Below, piece after piece: positions 1-13,199 of a stretch of DNA of 64,000 bases. Position numbers and translations under genes: made by a program. Source of the DNA: Octopus vulgaris. Lineage: Eukaryota. Every line of letters begins with the position of its first letter. The stretch's first letter is position 1. The notes under the pieces are model-generated. The model searched no databases and was not told the origin of the DNA. It worked only from the letters and a program-made list of their open reading frames with translations. The stretch is taken from contig OX597840.1 in the NCBI GenBank assembly GCA_951406725.2, forward strand, positions 17,794,001-17,858,000, read 5' to 3'.

Positions 1-1038
1 GCGTCGTCGTTTTTCTAGAGAATAAAGGTCGAGCGTCCTCAGCCTTTCTTCATAAGACAAATGTTTGAGACCAAGAACCATGCGGGTAGCCAGCTTCTGG
101 ATCCTTTCAAGATGCTGTATGTCTTTGAGGAGATAAGGAGAAGGGGCTTGAATCCCGTACTCCAATATGGGTCTCACCAGCGTGACATAGAGCGGTAGGA
201 ATATGGCGGTTGTGAGCATTCCGAATGATCGTCGAATCAAAAACAGAACTCCGCGTGCTTTGTTGGCAGCATGGACGCACTGGGTCGAAGGCGAAAATGA
301 GGAATCCACCAAGATACCCAGGTCCTTTACCTGGTCAGTCCTCTCCAGCAGCAGACGACCCGGCTCGAAATCAAGTTGAGTTGCAGGAGAAGAGCCAACA
401 GGCAGATGACAGCACTTTGACACGTTCAGACACAGGTCCCATTCGTTAGACCATCTCCAAATTTGGTGGAGGCATCGACGAAGATCCTCTATATCACCGC
501 AAGGAGTGACCAGTTTGACATCATCGGCAAATAGAAGGGTGTGTTGCGTGAGGTCGTCGGGCAAGTAATTTATGAAGACTAAGAACAATAAGGGCCCAAG
601 CACTGAACCTTGAGGTACGCCACTGCTCGCACTGGAGACGTCGGACAGCGAACCATTAACTTGGACTTGGAAGGAGCGATCTGAGAGGAAGACACCAACC
701 CATCGTACAATATCCGGATGGAACCTATATGCTTGAAGCTTGACAAGTAATAGGCGGTGGTTTACCGAGTCAAAAGCTTTGGCAAAGTCCAATAAAACGA
801 TGTCAACAGCATCACCATCATCGAGGATGCGCGTCACCAATTCTTCCATTACCCGTAAGTTGGTCAAGCATGATCTTTTCGGCACGAAGCCGTGTTGGGG
901 ATCAGAGATAGAGGCTGTGTTTTGGTGGTGGAGCATCATACTTTTCTTAAGGATGGTTTCGAACATCTTGCTGATTATTGAAGTAAGGGAAACCGGTCGG
1001 TAGTTAAGCGGGTCTTCGCGGCTCCCTTTCTTGAAAAG
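1..1038 (-). mobile_element. CR1-group LINE ORF2 reverse transcriptase, 5'-truncated, reading frame open to the window edge
   Basis: Manual minus-strand translation gives ~345 stop-free codons: LFKKGSREDPLNYRPVSLTS...QHGFVPKRSCLTNL...LDFAKAFDSVNH...SGVPQGSVLGPLLFLVFIN...LFADDVKL...KDLGI...LVRPILEYG...LERIQKLATR...YEERL. It is missing from the ORF track because no stop lies inside the window. Confidence 0.92.
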
Positions 1039-1502
1039 GTGAAGTTGACCTCGGTAGGATTTGAACCTAAAAAGTAAAGAGCTGCAAGAAATGCTACTAA
1101 ACATTTTGCTCAGTGTGCTAACGATTCTGCCAGCTCGCCGCCTTAATAGCAACAACAACAACAACAACAATAATAATAATGGTTTTATATTTTCGCACAA
1201 GGCCAGCAAGATCAGGGGAGGGGGTAAATCCATTACACCGACTTCAGTGATACTCGCTGCTTCAATAATAATAATAATAATAATAATAATCCTTTCTACT
1301 GAAGGTACAAGGCCAGCAATTTATGGGGAGAGGGGTCTGGTTGATTACATTGACCCCAGTGCTTTGCTGGTACTTAATTTATCGACTTAGAAAGGGTGAA
1401 AGACATAATCGACCTCGGCGGAATTTGAACTCAGAAAGTAAAGGCGGACATGCTATCAAATATTTTTGCCCAGATTGCTAACGATTATGCCAGCTCACTG
1501 CC

Positions 1503-1503
<1 letters not shown>
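1039..1503 (-). mobile_element. Two to three decayed SINE-B copies separated by (AAT/AAC)n
   Basis: Match to the SINE-B consensus seen elsewhere (gacctcggcggaatttgaactcag...ctaacgattctgccagctcgccgcc). Confidence 0.75.
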
Positions 1504-1583
<80 letters not shown>

Positions 1584-1606
1584 GGTTAAAATTTTGCCAA
1601 AATAAA

Positions 1607-2213
1607 GGCGCAGGAGTGGCTGTGTGGTAAGTAGCTTGCTAACCAACCACATGGTTCCGGGTTCAGTCCCACTGCGTGGCATCTTGGGCAAGTGTCTTCT
1701 GCTATAGCCCCGGGCCGATCAATGCCTTGTGAATGGATTTGGTAGACGGAAACTGAAAGAAGCCCGTCGTATATATGTATATATATATATATATATTATG
1801 ATATGTAAAAAAATACAAACTGTGACAAGAACGCATAACACTTAGAAGACGATACAACAAACACAGACAGGACATTCGAAGCCCTCAGTCTTCAGTCAAG
1901 AACCGGATCATCGTAGTAATTTCGGCTGATTAATCTTGAGATTACTAGATCCGGCCAGCTTTCCAGGAAAAACTAAGCAACGAGCGTTAGAAAAACTAAG
2001 CTAGGAGCGTAGATTTCCTGGAAGAAGGATCGAATGCATACGAACACAGGGACAGCAAAACGGACGGTGCCACACGAATATAAAAAACAAAAAACAATAA
2101 TGAAATACAAAAACATGAAATACAAAAGCAATAATGGTAAAAACAGCAGGTGTCTTACGACTAATAACAGTGCAAACAAGTTTGGCTGGCGTATTTTGGA
2201 AAAATTGCCTTAA

Positions 2214-2278
<65 letters not shown>

Positions 2279-2478
2279 TATATGTATGTGTGTGTGTGTA
2301 TTTGTGTGTCTGTGTTTGTCCCCCCAGCATCGCTTGAGAACCGATGCTGGTGTGTTTGTGTCCCCGTCACTTAGCGGTTCGGCAAAAGAGACCGATAGAA
2401 TAAGTACTGGGCTTACAATGAATAAGTCCCGGGGTCGATGCTCCAGCATGGCCACAGTCAAATGACTGAAACAAGTAT
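1607..2478 (+). mobile_element. SINE-A (tRNA-derived, central (TA)n/(TG)n), split by an insertion in its (TA)n
   Basis: Head GGCGCAGGAGTGGCTGTGTGG...GGTTCAGTCCC (A/B-box-like); 3' half 2300-2478 ends atgactgaaacaagta; same sequence at 13200, 37171 and 55200. Confidence 0.85.
1797..2215 (-). mobile_element. Putative PLE-type terminal fragment inserted in the (TA)n of a SINE-A
   Basis: Flanked by (TA)n on both sides; 1800-1935 recurs at 23945-24078, also between (TA)n tracts; degenerate hammerhead-like 3' half (cagccGAAAttgcTAgga) on the minus strand. Confidence 0.5.
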
Positions 2479-3342
2479 AAAAAAAATAAAATAAAAAAAG
2501 TCGACGATCGGTGGAATTTGAACTCAGAACGTAAGGACGGACGAAATGCTGTCACCGCCACCATAATAAAAAAAAAAGCGACCACGATAATAATAATAAT
2601 AATAATAATGATAATCTAGGCTGGAATGTCTTTGAGAAAAGGTCTGCTCAATCAGGAGCAATTTGAATTAAACAATCACAATAGCAGCACCAGCAGCACC
2701 GCCACCCCCACCACGACCACCACCAGCAACAGCAATATCAACAGCAGCTGCATCAACAGTATAACAAACAAAAAATAAACATAAAAATAAAAGACTGAAA
2801 ACAGGAAGAAATAGGGGAAAAAAATCAGCGAAACAGAAATTTTAAAAAAAGAAGCAAATTTTCAGCGTCGCGTAACGTCTGCGTGATGTCATCGATGCGT
2901 GAGGAAGAATATCTTTGGAGAAGGGGCGCTAAAATGTGCATGACGCATGGCTATTTACCCTGCTGCATCCAGACTGCAGGAAGAATAAGTCTGAGCTGCA
3001 CAGTTATTTGAAATTGTCGGCGGGTAACGAAACGGCTTTGGCGGTTTTAATATCGCCGAGTTAGCTTGACACGACAAACAATAAAAAGCATGGCAGAGAC
3101 AAACGTTGTAGGGTGATGGCGGAGACAGAGGAGACGGCGGAGACAGCGGCACGACGAGGTGATGGTGACGGCGGGGTGGGTGGGCTGTGAGTGATGCAGG
3201 TTGGAGGAGGTGGAGGCTGGGAGGCTGGGTAATGGTTGTAATTGTAGCGTAAGGGGTAGCGGTAGTAGTGATGGGAGACGGGAGAAAGAGAAAGAAATGG
3301 AGAGAGAGGAGAAAGAAAAGGAGAGAGAGAGAAAGCGAGAGA

Positions 3343-3407
<65 letters not shown>

Positions 3408-3498
3408 GTGGTAGCAAGATTAGAACTAGATTGAGTGAAGCAGATTGAGATTTCTGATGTAGAAGCTAAGCAGAGTTTATGTTGTTTGTGTTAGCCTC

Positions 3499-3538
<40 letters not shown>

Positions 3539-3595
3539 AAAGAGAGAGACTGTATGTGTAGATGTAGGTATGTGTGTGCGCGCACACATTTACAG

Positions 3596-3633
<38 letters not shown>

Positions 3634-3710
3634 GTATATAACGTCTGTAGTGATATGCAGTATGTGTGTGCTATATATGTGTGTACAGACACACACGCAC
3701 ACACACATAC

Positions 3711-3775
<65 letters not shown>

Positions 3776-4377
3776 GAGAGAGAGAAAGATTTATAACACG
3801 TAACACACACACATATATATATATGTAATACACGCACACGGTAGCTTGCGCCCGCGCGCGCTTCAATGAAGTGAGCCTGGATGTCGGTCAGATTGTCTGC
3901 AGGACAGACATTGCCAAAACTCCATATTGGTCGGATCCCAGGAACTTGATAACAAACGCAGTCGTGTGTCACTGACCAGGTCATCGATAATAGATTGAAA
4001 AAAAAAAAAGGAGAAAAGAAAGGTTTTTGATATTTATTAATAATTTATCACTATTGATCTTTGAAACTGGCACAAGGCCACGAATTCGTTGATGCACAAG
4101 AAGACCAACACAAAACCCTTGTCACCGTTGCTCTCTTCAAATGAACGCACGAAAAGACGACGATGGATCCGCAATGAAAAACAAAGCCGGGCCGAAAGCC
4201 AGATTTTTTAATGCTGTTGGGTCAGTTTTGCGTAATGTCTGCGACAGAGACGCAAATTATCGAATATATAAGTTGTAAATCTTGGACGATTGCAAGAATT
4301 GTATTGATTCAATTTTCACAGTGAAGTTTGCCCAGACAACAAGTAAAAGTTCTACATGTTTTACAATCTCTTGTTTT

Positions 4378-4821
4378 TGTACTTGTTTCTGTTATTAGGC
4401 TGCGGCCATGCTGGAGTACCATCTTGAGTAATTTTTTTAGTCAAATGAATCGACCCCACTACATTTTTTTTTTGTTAAACATTGTACTTGTTTTATCGGT
4501 GTCTTTTGCCGAACGACTAAACACAACAAAACCGGTTTTCAATCAGTGTTCGTGGACAAACGTATCACCAAAGACTCACACACTCACACACACACACACA
4601 CACACATCGTGGCACTCCGTCGGTTACGACGACGAGGGTTCCAGTTGATCTGATCAACAGAACAGCCTGCTCATAAAATTAACGTGCAAGTGTCTGAGCA
4701 CTCCACAGACACGTGTACCCTTAATGTAGTTCTCAGGGAGATTCAGTGTGACACAGAGTGTGACAAACCGGGGCCATGTGGTTGGGAAGCAAGTTCCTTG
4801 CGCCGTAGCCATTCCTGCGCC
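4378..4821 (-). mobile_element. Diverged SINE-A copy with an unrelated ~160 bp segment (4608-4768) inside
   Basis: 3' part acttgtttctgttattaggctgcggccatgctggag; head remnant agccattcctgcgcc at 4807-4821. Confidence 0.6.
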
Positions 4822-4839
4822 AATATAAATTTTTTTCTA

Positions 4840-5664
4840 TGAGGGGTACCCAAAAGTGACGGGAAATGTTCACCTTGGAACAAGCCCGTCCTAGTTCGCG
4901 CCTTCGCCTCTAGAAGCCACTTGGCGCAGTTCTCAGGCGTCGGATAAAGTCGTTCAGCCACGTGGTGCGTCTTTGTTTTGCAGTGCTTCTCTCTTTTTCT
5001 TCGTCTTTTGCGATGGCTGAAACGAGGGAACAGAGGGCTTCCGTGAAATTCTGTTTTCTGTTGGGGAAAATGGCGGCTGAAACAGTTGTCATGCGTCAAA
5101 CAGCTTAGAAATATGCTGCCATGAGCAAAACACAAGTTTACGAGTGATTTCCACGCTTTAGAAATGGCCACTGTCGACCTCTCGAACGAATGAAAACATG
5201 AGAATCCATGAATTGATCTTGGAAGACCGTCACTGGATAATTGACGAACTTGTTGATATTGGTGTGTCCTGGAGCTCCTTCTAACGAATTTTGAGCGAGG
5301 AATTGCAAATGAAAAGAGCTGCAGCAAAGTTTGTGTCTCGCTTGATTACGGAAGATCAAAAGCAGTCACGAATGAATGCGTGTCCTGAACTGAAAGAACA
5401 GCTGGAAGTTGATCCGGACCTTTTTTTCGAAGGTCATCACTGGTGATGAAAGCTGGTGCTATGGAATTTGCAGATGTGGAAGAGGTGAAAAAAAAAAAAA
5501 AAAAAAAAAAACGACGGAGGCTTCGAACAGCGACGGAAGACGCATCTGGACCGATGCATTGCTTCAAATAGAGAATTCTCTGACGGCGACAAAAGTGTAA
5601 ACATGTAAAACTAAGTGGATGAAATAACGTTCCAAAATTTCGGTTTCCTTTGGGTAACCCCTCG
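4840..5664 (+). mobile_element. Internally deleted mariner DNA transposon
   Basis: TIRs tgaggggtacccaaa / tttgggtaacccctcg, left end after TA; transposase remnants EQRASVKFCFLLGK..AETV, AMSKTQVYE, KFVSRL, VITGDESWCYG (first catalytic D); stops and frameshifts. Confidence 0.85.
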
Positions 5665-6044
5665 TGTTGAACGTTTTTGAAGGAAATCTAAAAAGTGCGT
5701 GACGTCACACAAAATAACTATTTTTCATCTGAAAGTATTAACTGGAAATTCTTCTAAATTTCTCCAGAACAGCATAAAAAAGCCTCAAGGTAGTTTGCTA
5801 GGCAACAATGTCTGTGGTCACATTTCTCATTTACCCGATGTGGCGTGCGTAACAAAATAGATGCAACATTTTCGTGACAAATATTTTCTGTATCTTCGAA
5901 ATAGTGTATCTTCGAAATTGTCCCAATATCGATATCGGTTCGAAAATAAATCATTTCAGCATAGCTTTGCTTCAGAATAATGTAGATTTAGAACAGGGGT
6001 CTCCAAAGTGATCGATATCGACCCCTAGGGGTCGATGGAACTAT

Positions 6045-6530
6045 TCATCACTACCCGTCTGATAAGGGTACACCAGGCACATGCATCAACCATATGTACG
6101 CGACATAGTGATCTCATATCAAGATAAACGGCGCATGACCTTGCAGGTGGGGCCCAGTTAGAATTTTCGTCTGGTCGAGTAGCTCATCCCGCTCAAAAGA
6201 TCCATGAAAAAGGATTGTTTAAAGATAGCTTTGTTTCCTTTGTTTCCAAAGGTGAATTATCCAAACCTCTAAGAATCCCTCTCAACACATGGCTATGATG
6301 CTCCCCCACTACTTCTGCTCGTGATCAGAGATGCGCATATCGTCAGCCACTAAGGGACATGGTCAGCTGGTTAAGGTCAAACAACTGACAAGCAAATCTG
6401 TGGTATTGAGCAGAATATTTGCTGTAGCCCATCTTTTATACCAAGACAAAACAATGTACATGATAACACTTCCAATCAGTTAAGATCAGAAGCCACGAGA
6501 GCCACTGCCTGGTGCTGCATCAAGGCATTT
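6045..6530 (-). mobile_element. Element D (non-coding interspersed repeat next to (TAA)n), partial copy
   Basis: Homologous to 28662-29433 and 60934-61700; ends cctggtgctgcatcaaggcattt followed by (TTA)n. Strand assignment is tentative. Confidence 0.75.
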
Positions 6531-6539
6531 ATTATTATC

Positions 6540-6629
<90 letters not shown>

Positions 6630-6632
<3 letters not shown>

Positions 6633-7061
6633 TAGTTTTATTTTTATAGCGTGCTTTCACTTCACTACCGAGTGCAGCTCTGTGTGCCTTGTGTATGTGC
6701 TGTGATTTGTTGTGATGCTCTGATGGTTATTGTATGGAAAGTGTTCTGCGTAGGATGTGTGCAGTGCCTAGTAGTGCAATTTTCTGTATGTTATATGTGT
6801 TTGTAAGTCCTGGTGTTTTTGTTATGTATTTGTCTGAATATTTTTTTATCATGCCTAATGCACCTACTATGATAGGAATTGTTTCTGTTTTCAGGTTCCA
6901 CATTCTAGTTACCTCTATTTCCAGGTCTTTGTATTTTGAGAGTTTCTCCATTTCTTTTAGAGACACGTTGTCATCTGCCGGTATTGATACATCAATTAGA
7001 AAGCATTTTTTTTCTTCATGATCTCTGACAACTATATCTGGTCTGTTGGCCTTAATTTCTC

Positions 7062-7063
<2 letters not shown>
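6630..7063 (-). mobile_element. R4/Dong-like RLE non-LTR retrotransposon, 3' fragment within (TAA)n
   Basis: NRPDIVVRD..KKCFLIDVSIP..NVSLKEMEKLSKYKDL..IPIIVGALG (restriction-like endonuclease PD..D motif) plus 3' UTR; (TTA)n on both flanks. Confidence 0.88.
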
Positions 7064-7145
<82 letters not shown>

Positions 7146-7239
7146 TTTGTACATGCCTGGTGGTTAATGAGAGATCAAAGATTCCATGAAGAGGTCGATG
7201 GTCTAAAAAGTTTGGGGACCCCTGATTTAGAAGTTAGCT

Positions 7240-7421
7240 GTGTGTTGAAAGGAATTCTTAGAGGTTTGGATAATTTACCTTTGGAAACAAAGGTGGTTCG
7301 TTCAACATCTTTAAACAATCCTTTTTCATGGATCTTTTGAGCGGGATGGGTTACTCGACCAGAAGAAAATGCTATCTAGACCCCACCAGCAAGGTCATTC
7401 GCTGTTTATCTTGATATGAGA
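7240..7421 (+). repeat. Inverted partial copy of element D (of 6112-6290)
   Basis: Reverse complement aligns to 6112-6290 and shares its local variants. Confidence 0.8.
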
Positions 7422-7896
7422 GGCGTAGAATTAGAAGAAATTGTCCCAATATCGATATCTGGTGAAATAGAATCATTTCATCATAGCTTTACTGGTACAT
7501 AGTAATTTTTCTTGTCATTCTAAACATTTCTGAAAACCTGCTTTGGTTTTAACTTTCATGAGAACGACCTAGTTAATGGTTTGAAGGTGACGGAGATTTT
7601 GAAAGACTGGTTGTGTTGTGTTCTCAAGCTATGTTACGACAATAATGAAGGAACGTCCGAACTTTATGGCCGTGGTTTTGAACTGACAAATTCTTTAAAA
7701 ATGACCCAGACGTGGCTGCATCGATAAGAATTCTGCTTTTGCAATCACGCGCTTTCTTCAGGTTCAATTCCAACTGTGTAACATCTTGGACAAGTGACTT
7801 CTACTATAGTTATAAACCGATTAATGCCTTGTGAAGGTATTTGGTATGCAGAAACTGTGTAGGAAATTGTTTTATGTATGTATGTACGCGCATGCG

Positions 7897-7927
<31 letters not shown>

Positions 7928-8156
7928 GGTTCCAATGTACAGAAAATGAAACACAAAGACAGGTGTGGGAACAACAAACAGGTGTATTAATTTGACGCTC
8001 GGGAAGAATGAGAAAGGCTTTGACATATATATATATACATATATATATGTGTGTGTGTGTGTGTATGCATGTATGTATGTATCTATCTATCTATACACAC
8101 ACACATAGAATATGAGAGAAAGAGAAAGAAAATGGAATTCCCGAGATTGTTTAGTA

Positions 8157-8261
8157 ATCACTGCGATTGTTTCGACTCATCGTGCATCGGTTCCTCGCGG
8201 TGAGATTATGTACAAACTGTTGTGGTGCACCATTCGGTGCAAATGTGCTTCGTCAGGTGAC
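8157..8261 (-). ncRNA. Degenerate type I hammerhead ribozyme motif (PLE-like)
   Basis: Minus strand: gtcac-CTGACGA-long imperfect stem II-GAAA-caatcg-CA-gtgat; stem I pairs; U16.1 is replaced by C. Confidence 0.5.
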
Positions 8262-8464
8262 TTGTCAAAAGGTACCTCGTTCCTTCATCACCGTTTTGCT
8301 TTTACCGATTGCAATTCATACTGGTATTTGCTTCTAGTTAATCGCACACAGGAGAAGGCATGAGTGAGAATGGAAGACAGTTCTTTTATAAGTAATAAAT
8401 TGACTTACAAAGAATCGAAAATAAAAAGTATATATACATAAAGAGAATCTAATACCATGTTTAG

Positions 8465-10090
8465 CACTAAAAACATTGGTCAAAATTAAATGTATTATAC
8501 TCAATATGAATGCAGACCAACTTTTTTAGACTAATTTTTCAAACTGATCTAAAAATTTCACTCTTTTTATATGCAGCACATATCAGTTTTCAGCAGATAC
8601 ATGAAAATATTTACATATTTGTATAAATGAAATTCTTAACGTTATAAATAAGGACATTATTTTTAGAAAGTAAATGAGTTTATTGAATTACAAATCCTCA
8701 TAATCATTCTACAAAGAGTGAATACACAAAAAATGGGTTGGATAAAACGAAGTTAGAAGAACAGAGAAACATTGGGATTTGGATTTCCTGCCGTGTTCCT
8801 GATCTGGTTATCACGGTAAAATGTCCGGCAGTAGTCAGCCTGTATACTGTCATTCCAGAAGCCTTGGTACCGTTTCTCCATACTCTAATGTCCTGGTGAA
8901 ATCTTTCACCATGTTCATCAGACACTGCTCCAAGGTTATCTGTGAAGAAATCCAGATGGGAGTCCAAGAAGTGAACTTTCAATGACATACGACAACCCAT
9001 TGCTGAGTCAGATTTCAGAAGATTCTTGATGCCATCCTTGGAGTCCATTGCCTTCTTGTTGCCCAAGAAATTCTCACAGATCCAATTGGATACATTCCAG
9101 TTCATCTAGTGTTGTCTTGAAGTTGACATCTTTGGGTATTTCTCTAATTTGGGGTCCGACAAAGATACCCTTTTTCAACTTCACCTATGTGATTTTGGGG
9201 AACTTTTCTACAATATACTCAAACCCTCTGGCATTTCTCTTCCCTAGTGTCTTTACAAACTGTTTCATCAGTCCAAGTTTTATGTGCAAAGGAGGCAATA
9301 GGACATTACATGGATCTACAAGAGGTGTATTCTTGATGCTAGACTGTCCTGGCTGGTATGATGTTTTTGTCTGCCAGTTTGATTCCGAATAATGCCTGTC
9401 TGTTGCCTGACTGTCCCATAGACACAAGAAACAACAGTATTTTGTGAAACCTGACTGCATTCCCATTACAATTCCAATCATTTTTTAAATCTCTACATAT
9501 TTTCCACGAGTATCTTTCATAGGCAATGGCACGATGTAAAAGTTTCATATTCTCATATAATTCATGATAATGAACTGAGTGTACAATAGGAATGGAGGGT
9601 TTCAATTACCGTTATGGAGAAGTACAGCTTTTAAACTTCGTTTTGAAGAGTCACTCTGCAGGATCGTGCTTGTGTGATAAACATTCGAAAAGTCCATCGA
9701 TGTTACTGCTAAAGCAAAGCGGGCCTTCAACAGGAAAACACGTTTGTAGAACCACACTTCGCTGCCAAAAATAAGTTGTGCGAACACCGTGCTTTAGCAG
9801 ACACTTCTCCTTCAGTCTTGATGCCAGTCTTTTGAGAGGGATAGGTCTTTGACATTCAGTTCAGTTTGGGAAAATTTCTGATGTTCAAAGCTATCGTCAT
9901 CAGCCACGTAATCTTCCTCAGCAGCACTACTGTGACAGTCAGCATCATCATCTGATGCTTCAATACCATCTTCTGGTGGAACTTTCGTTATGAGGCACAG
10001 GTCTCATTGCAGAATCGAAATTGGGAAACACAATTTTGTGTTTATTCTTCATAGAAAATCCTGTGACATTTACTTCGCAAAAATAAATAA
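8465..10090 (-). pseudogene. Chapaev3-like (CMC) DNA transposase pseudogene
   Basis: Frameshifted motifs YFC..VTGF..KNKHKI.FP..SAMRPVPH, LLHNGN..PSIPI.HSV, GMQSGFTKYCCFLCLWDS, LPPLHIKLGLMKQFVK, GIFVGPQIR, MSLKVHFLDSHLDFF.DNLGAVSDEHGERFHQDI; possible CAC terminus at 8465. The family name is recalled, not searched. Confidence 0.75.
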
Positions 10091-10371
10091 AAACAATAAA
10101 AAACAAAATAATTATAGAGTGGTCGGTGACCTGTGAAAGCAATATGGAGCGGGGTTTGCTGGGAAAAAACCCCAAATAAAGCAAAAAGGACTTCATATAT
10201 GAAGACCATTTCAAGGGTAGCAGGTGGTGGTCCTGGTTGAGGTGAGGCCTTGAGATTTTGTATCGTGGCCCACAACCGTCTGAAAAGACATGTGACGTTA
10301 AGGTTTTGACTACTAAGACCTTGTTCATTAGATATTGATGGCTGTATATATGTATGTACGTATGTATCCAT

Positions 10372-10832
10372 CCAGGCCCGATTAAGCCCCATAGACACCC
10401 CTAAGTACTTAAAAGATTTTGGTTACCCCATATATACGTAATTCAAAATATAAACAATAATAAACTATAAAATAAATTTAATTTTCAAAACGAAACAAAA
10501 CCATCAGTAGAATGGAAAATAATGTTTATTTTTGCATGCTTCCATTTTATTTATATTTGAAAAGTTTTTTCCCAACTTCGTTTTTAACCGCAAAGTCTTT
10601 GATTAGATCCTCAAACTTAATCTTACGTAATATAGAGATATTACGTAAGATTAAGATTAAGATTAAGATTAAGTTTCTATGCTTAGAAGAGACAAAGCAC
10701 TCGAATGTTATTTTAGCAAGTTTAAAGTGATTTCTTTTGTATCGTAGACCATTTACCATTTCTGTGGTGTTCCCGCCTTCCCTTGAAACCCTAAGCACGT
10801 GCTTATTTTTCTTAATGGTTAATCTAGTGCTG
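10372..10832 (-). mobile_element. Non-autonomous hAT (Tip100-like) element
   Basis: Imperfect TIRs caggcccgattaa / ttaatctagtgctg; degenerate TSD gtatccat/gtgtctat; remnant ILRKIKFEDLIKDFAVK resembles the hAT C-terminal dimerisation region. Confidence 0.6.
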
Positions 10833-11631
10833 GTGTCTATGATGTCTATATACGCCCGCGCGTGTATGCATACACACGCTAATATCGAACAGGGAGAATA
10901 AGTGCTGAACAAGGCATTGATGGATAAATATTCTTTGTTTGTGAGTTAACAAGGCCATCAATGGTTCGATGAGTTCCTCTGAGGAGGCACCTGTTGTGAC
11001 TAAGGTCAAAGCAATGAACTGTAATAACCCATCCCGACATCTGCGAACGCAAATATCAAAACAAGCCTAACATCACCTCACACTCCTCTCTTTTATCATT
11101 ATCATTCCTTTCTCTCTTTCCATCACCTTCTACTCCTCCCTAACAAATACACACACAGCTGCCCACATACCTTTTCATTGGCGAAAATTGATAAACAACC
11201 TTCAATTATACATTCGTTGCTTCCAACTTTAATGCCATATGTCCTGAGGAAATGAACACGCGAACTATGATTTGTAGAAACGCGCGTAGTGATTCATTAA
11301 AATATTTGTAAATTCCATCCATGGATTATTATCATTATTATTATATTTATCCTACATTATATCGGCACAACTCGGTGCAGCCCCATAAAGCTGTTATTGT
11401 AAGTTGGTATCATTAGGCTGTAGCCGACATAATAGAATAGGCGCTTTTATAGGCATATTCAAAAACATTTCCCGTAAACGAACTTAAATATATATATATA
11501 TATGTGCGTATGTGTATATATATATATATATATATTTTGTGAAATAGAAAGATGAATAATCTTGTTGCAGATTAATCAAAAGTTTTGCTCCGCCTCTGTT
11601 CTGTTTTTGTTTTTTACAACGGATTTCCTAT

Positions 11632-11889
<258 letters not shown>

Positions 11890-12002
11890 ATAAAACTTAC
11901 TTGGAAAGGGAGAGAAAAACGAAAGAGCAATAGGATAGAACAGAGAGTCGCATCAGTACATGTATGAGTGCGTGTGTGTGTGCGTGTGTGTGTGTGTGTG
12001 TG

Positions 12003-12312
12003 GTAAAGACCCCTTCGGTCACGAATGAATATGGGATTGCATCTAGAAAGTTCAGGCAATGTTGTTTGTGGCAGACCAGTAGTTGCCCATAGGTGTCAGT
12101 CTTCACTCTCCACGCCACCGAGGTTGTCCAAGTGAAACTCACAGGCCCAGCTTGGCACCAGTAACGTCGCAACTAATTTCTACAGCTGACTGAACTTGAA
12201 CATCGTGAAATAAAGTGTCTTGCTCAAGAGCACAAAACACAACACGGTCCGGGAATCGAAATCACAACCTCACGGTGGTAAGCCTAACGCTCTAAGCACT
12301 GAGCTACGCGCT
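12003..12312 (-). mobile_element. SINE-F (tRNA head, CORE-like ttgtg..cttgagcaagacact)
   Basis: Minus strand tagctcagtgcttagagcg...gatttcgattcccgg; second copy at 17828-18154. Confidence 0.7.
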
Positions 12313-12861
12313 TGTGTATGTGACCCGCGACAAAGACTCCGAGACTGGTTAGGGGAAGGTAGGTGGGAAGAAGGTCTCTTGGACCCAGAAGTCTGTTCTG
12401 AATAGAGTGGATCCTTTTAATAAAAACACTCAAGTTTCCAGGCAGCGGTGTTAAGCCAGATACAGCCACCCCAGTAAATTTCTTTTTTTTTGTAAACAGA
12501 AGATGAAGAAAGAAATTTTTACAGATTAGCGGACAGTATTCAAGCAAGAAAAAAAAAAAAAAAAAAAGATGGATCATCAGAGCAGACATTTAACACCAGA
12601 TACTACTGACCTAGAAACATTTACAAAACTCACGCACCCTTGCGAATTCTACCAGAATTTGATTGACTTCAAAAAAGGTTTTGGACGTTTTCTTGGCATT
12701 ACGATTTATGTGACAAGTGTTGAAGGTGTAGCGGATTCGAAACCGAATCACTGAATAGTCGAATAAACATCTCGACCTTACCACAGTAGTTTCACGTGAT
12801 CTGCCGATTGACCAGAGTCAAGTCATCGCATGATTCGACCTTCAAGAACTATTTTTCTCGG

Positions 12862-12923
<62 letters not shown>

Positions 12924-13199
12924 TTTTTGGCGGTAACCCCAGAATGTTGAGGCAGCCGCGTTACGTCTCCATTCTCCATTCTCCATTCTCACGACACAGA
13001 TTTTGTCATCATGAATATGGCGTGATTATTTTCCAATCGTGATGGACTAGTTAATTTGTTGTAGATCCTAGTAGTGTGTTTCTCCCGGGATGTAATTGTC
13101 GCATTTAGTTTTCTGAAAAGACCAACGCAGAAAACATTATGAGCAATAAATGAAGCTTCAGATAATTGTTCGTGAGTGTTGTTAATTACTTTTACACAC

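Larger units (their letters stand above)
5994..7224. mobile_element. hAT (Charlie-like) MITE carrying nested retroelement insertions
   Basis: TIRs CAGGGGTCTCCAAA / TTTGGGGACCCCTG; perfect 8-bp TSD ATTTAGAA at 5986-5993 and 7225-7232. Confidence 0.9.

Noticed and set aside
6495-6530. Resemblance of the element D end to the U2 snRNA 3' region or a hammerhead core (CTGATGC)
   Set aside because: Only ~12 nt of similarity, no Sm site or branch-pairing region, and no GAAA partner; an HDV-like fold also failed.
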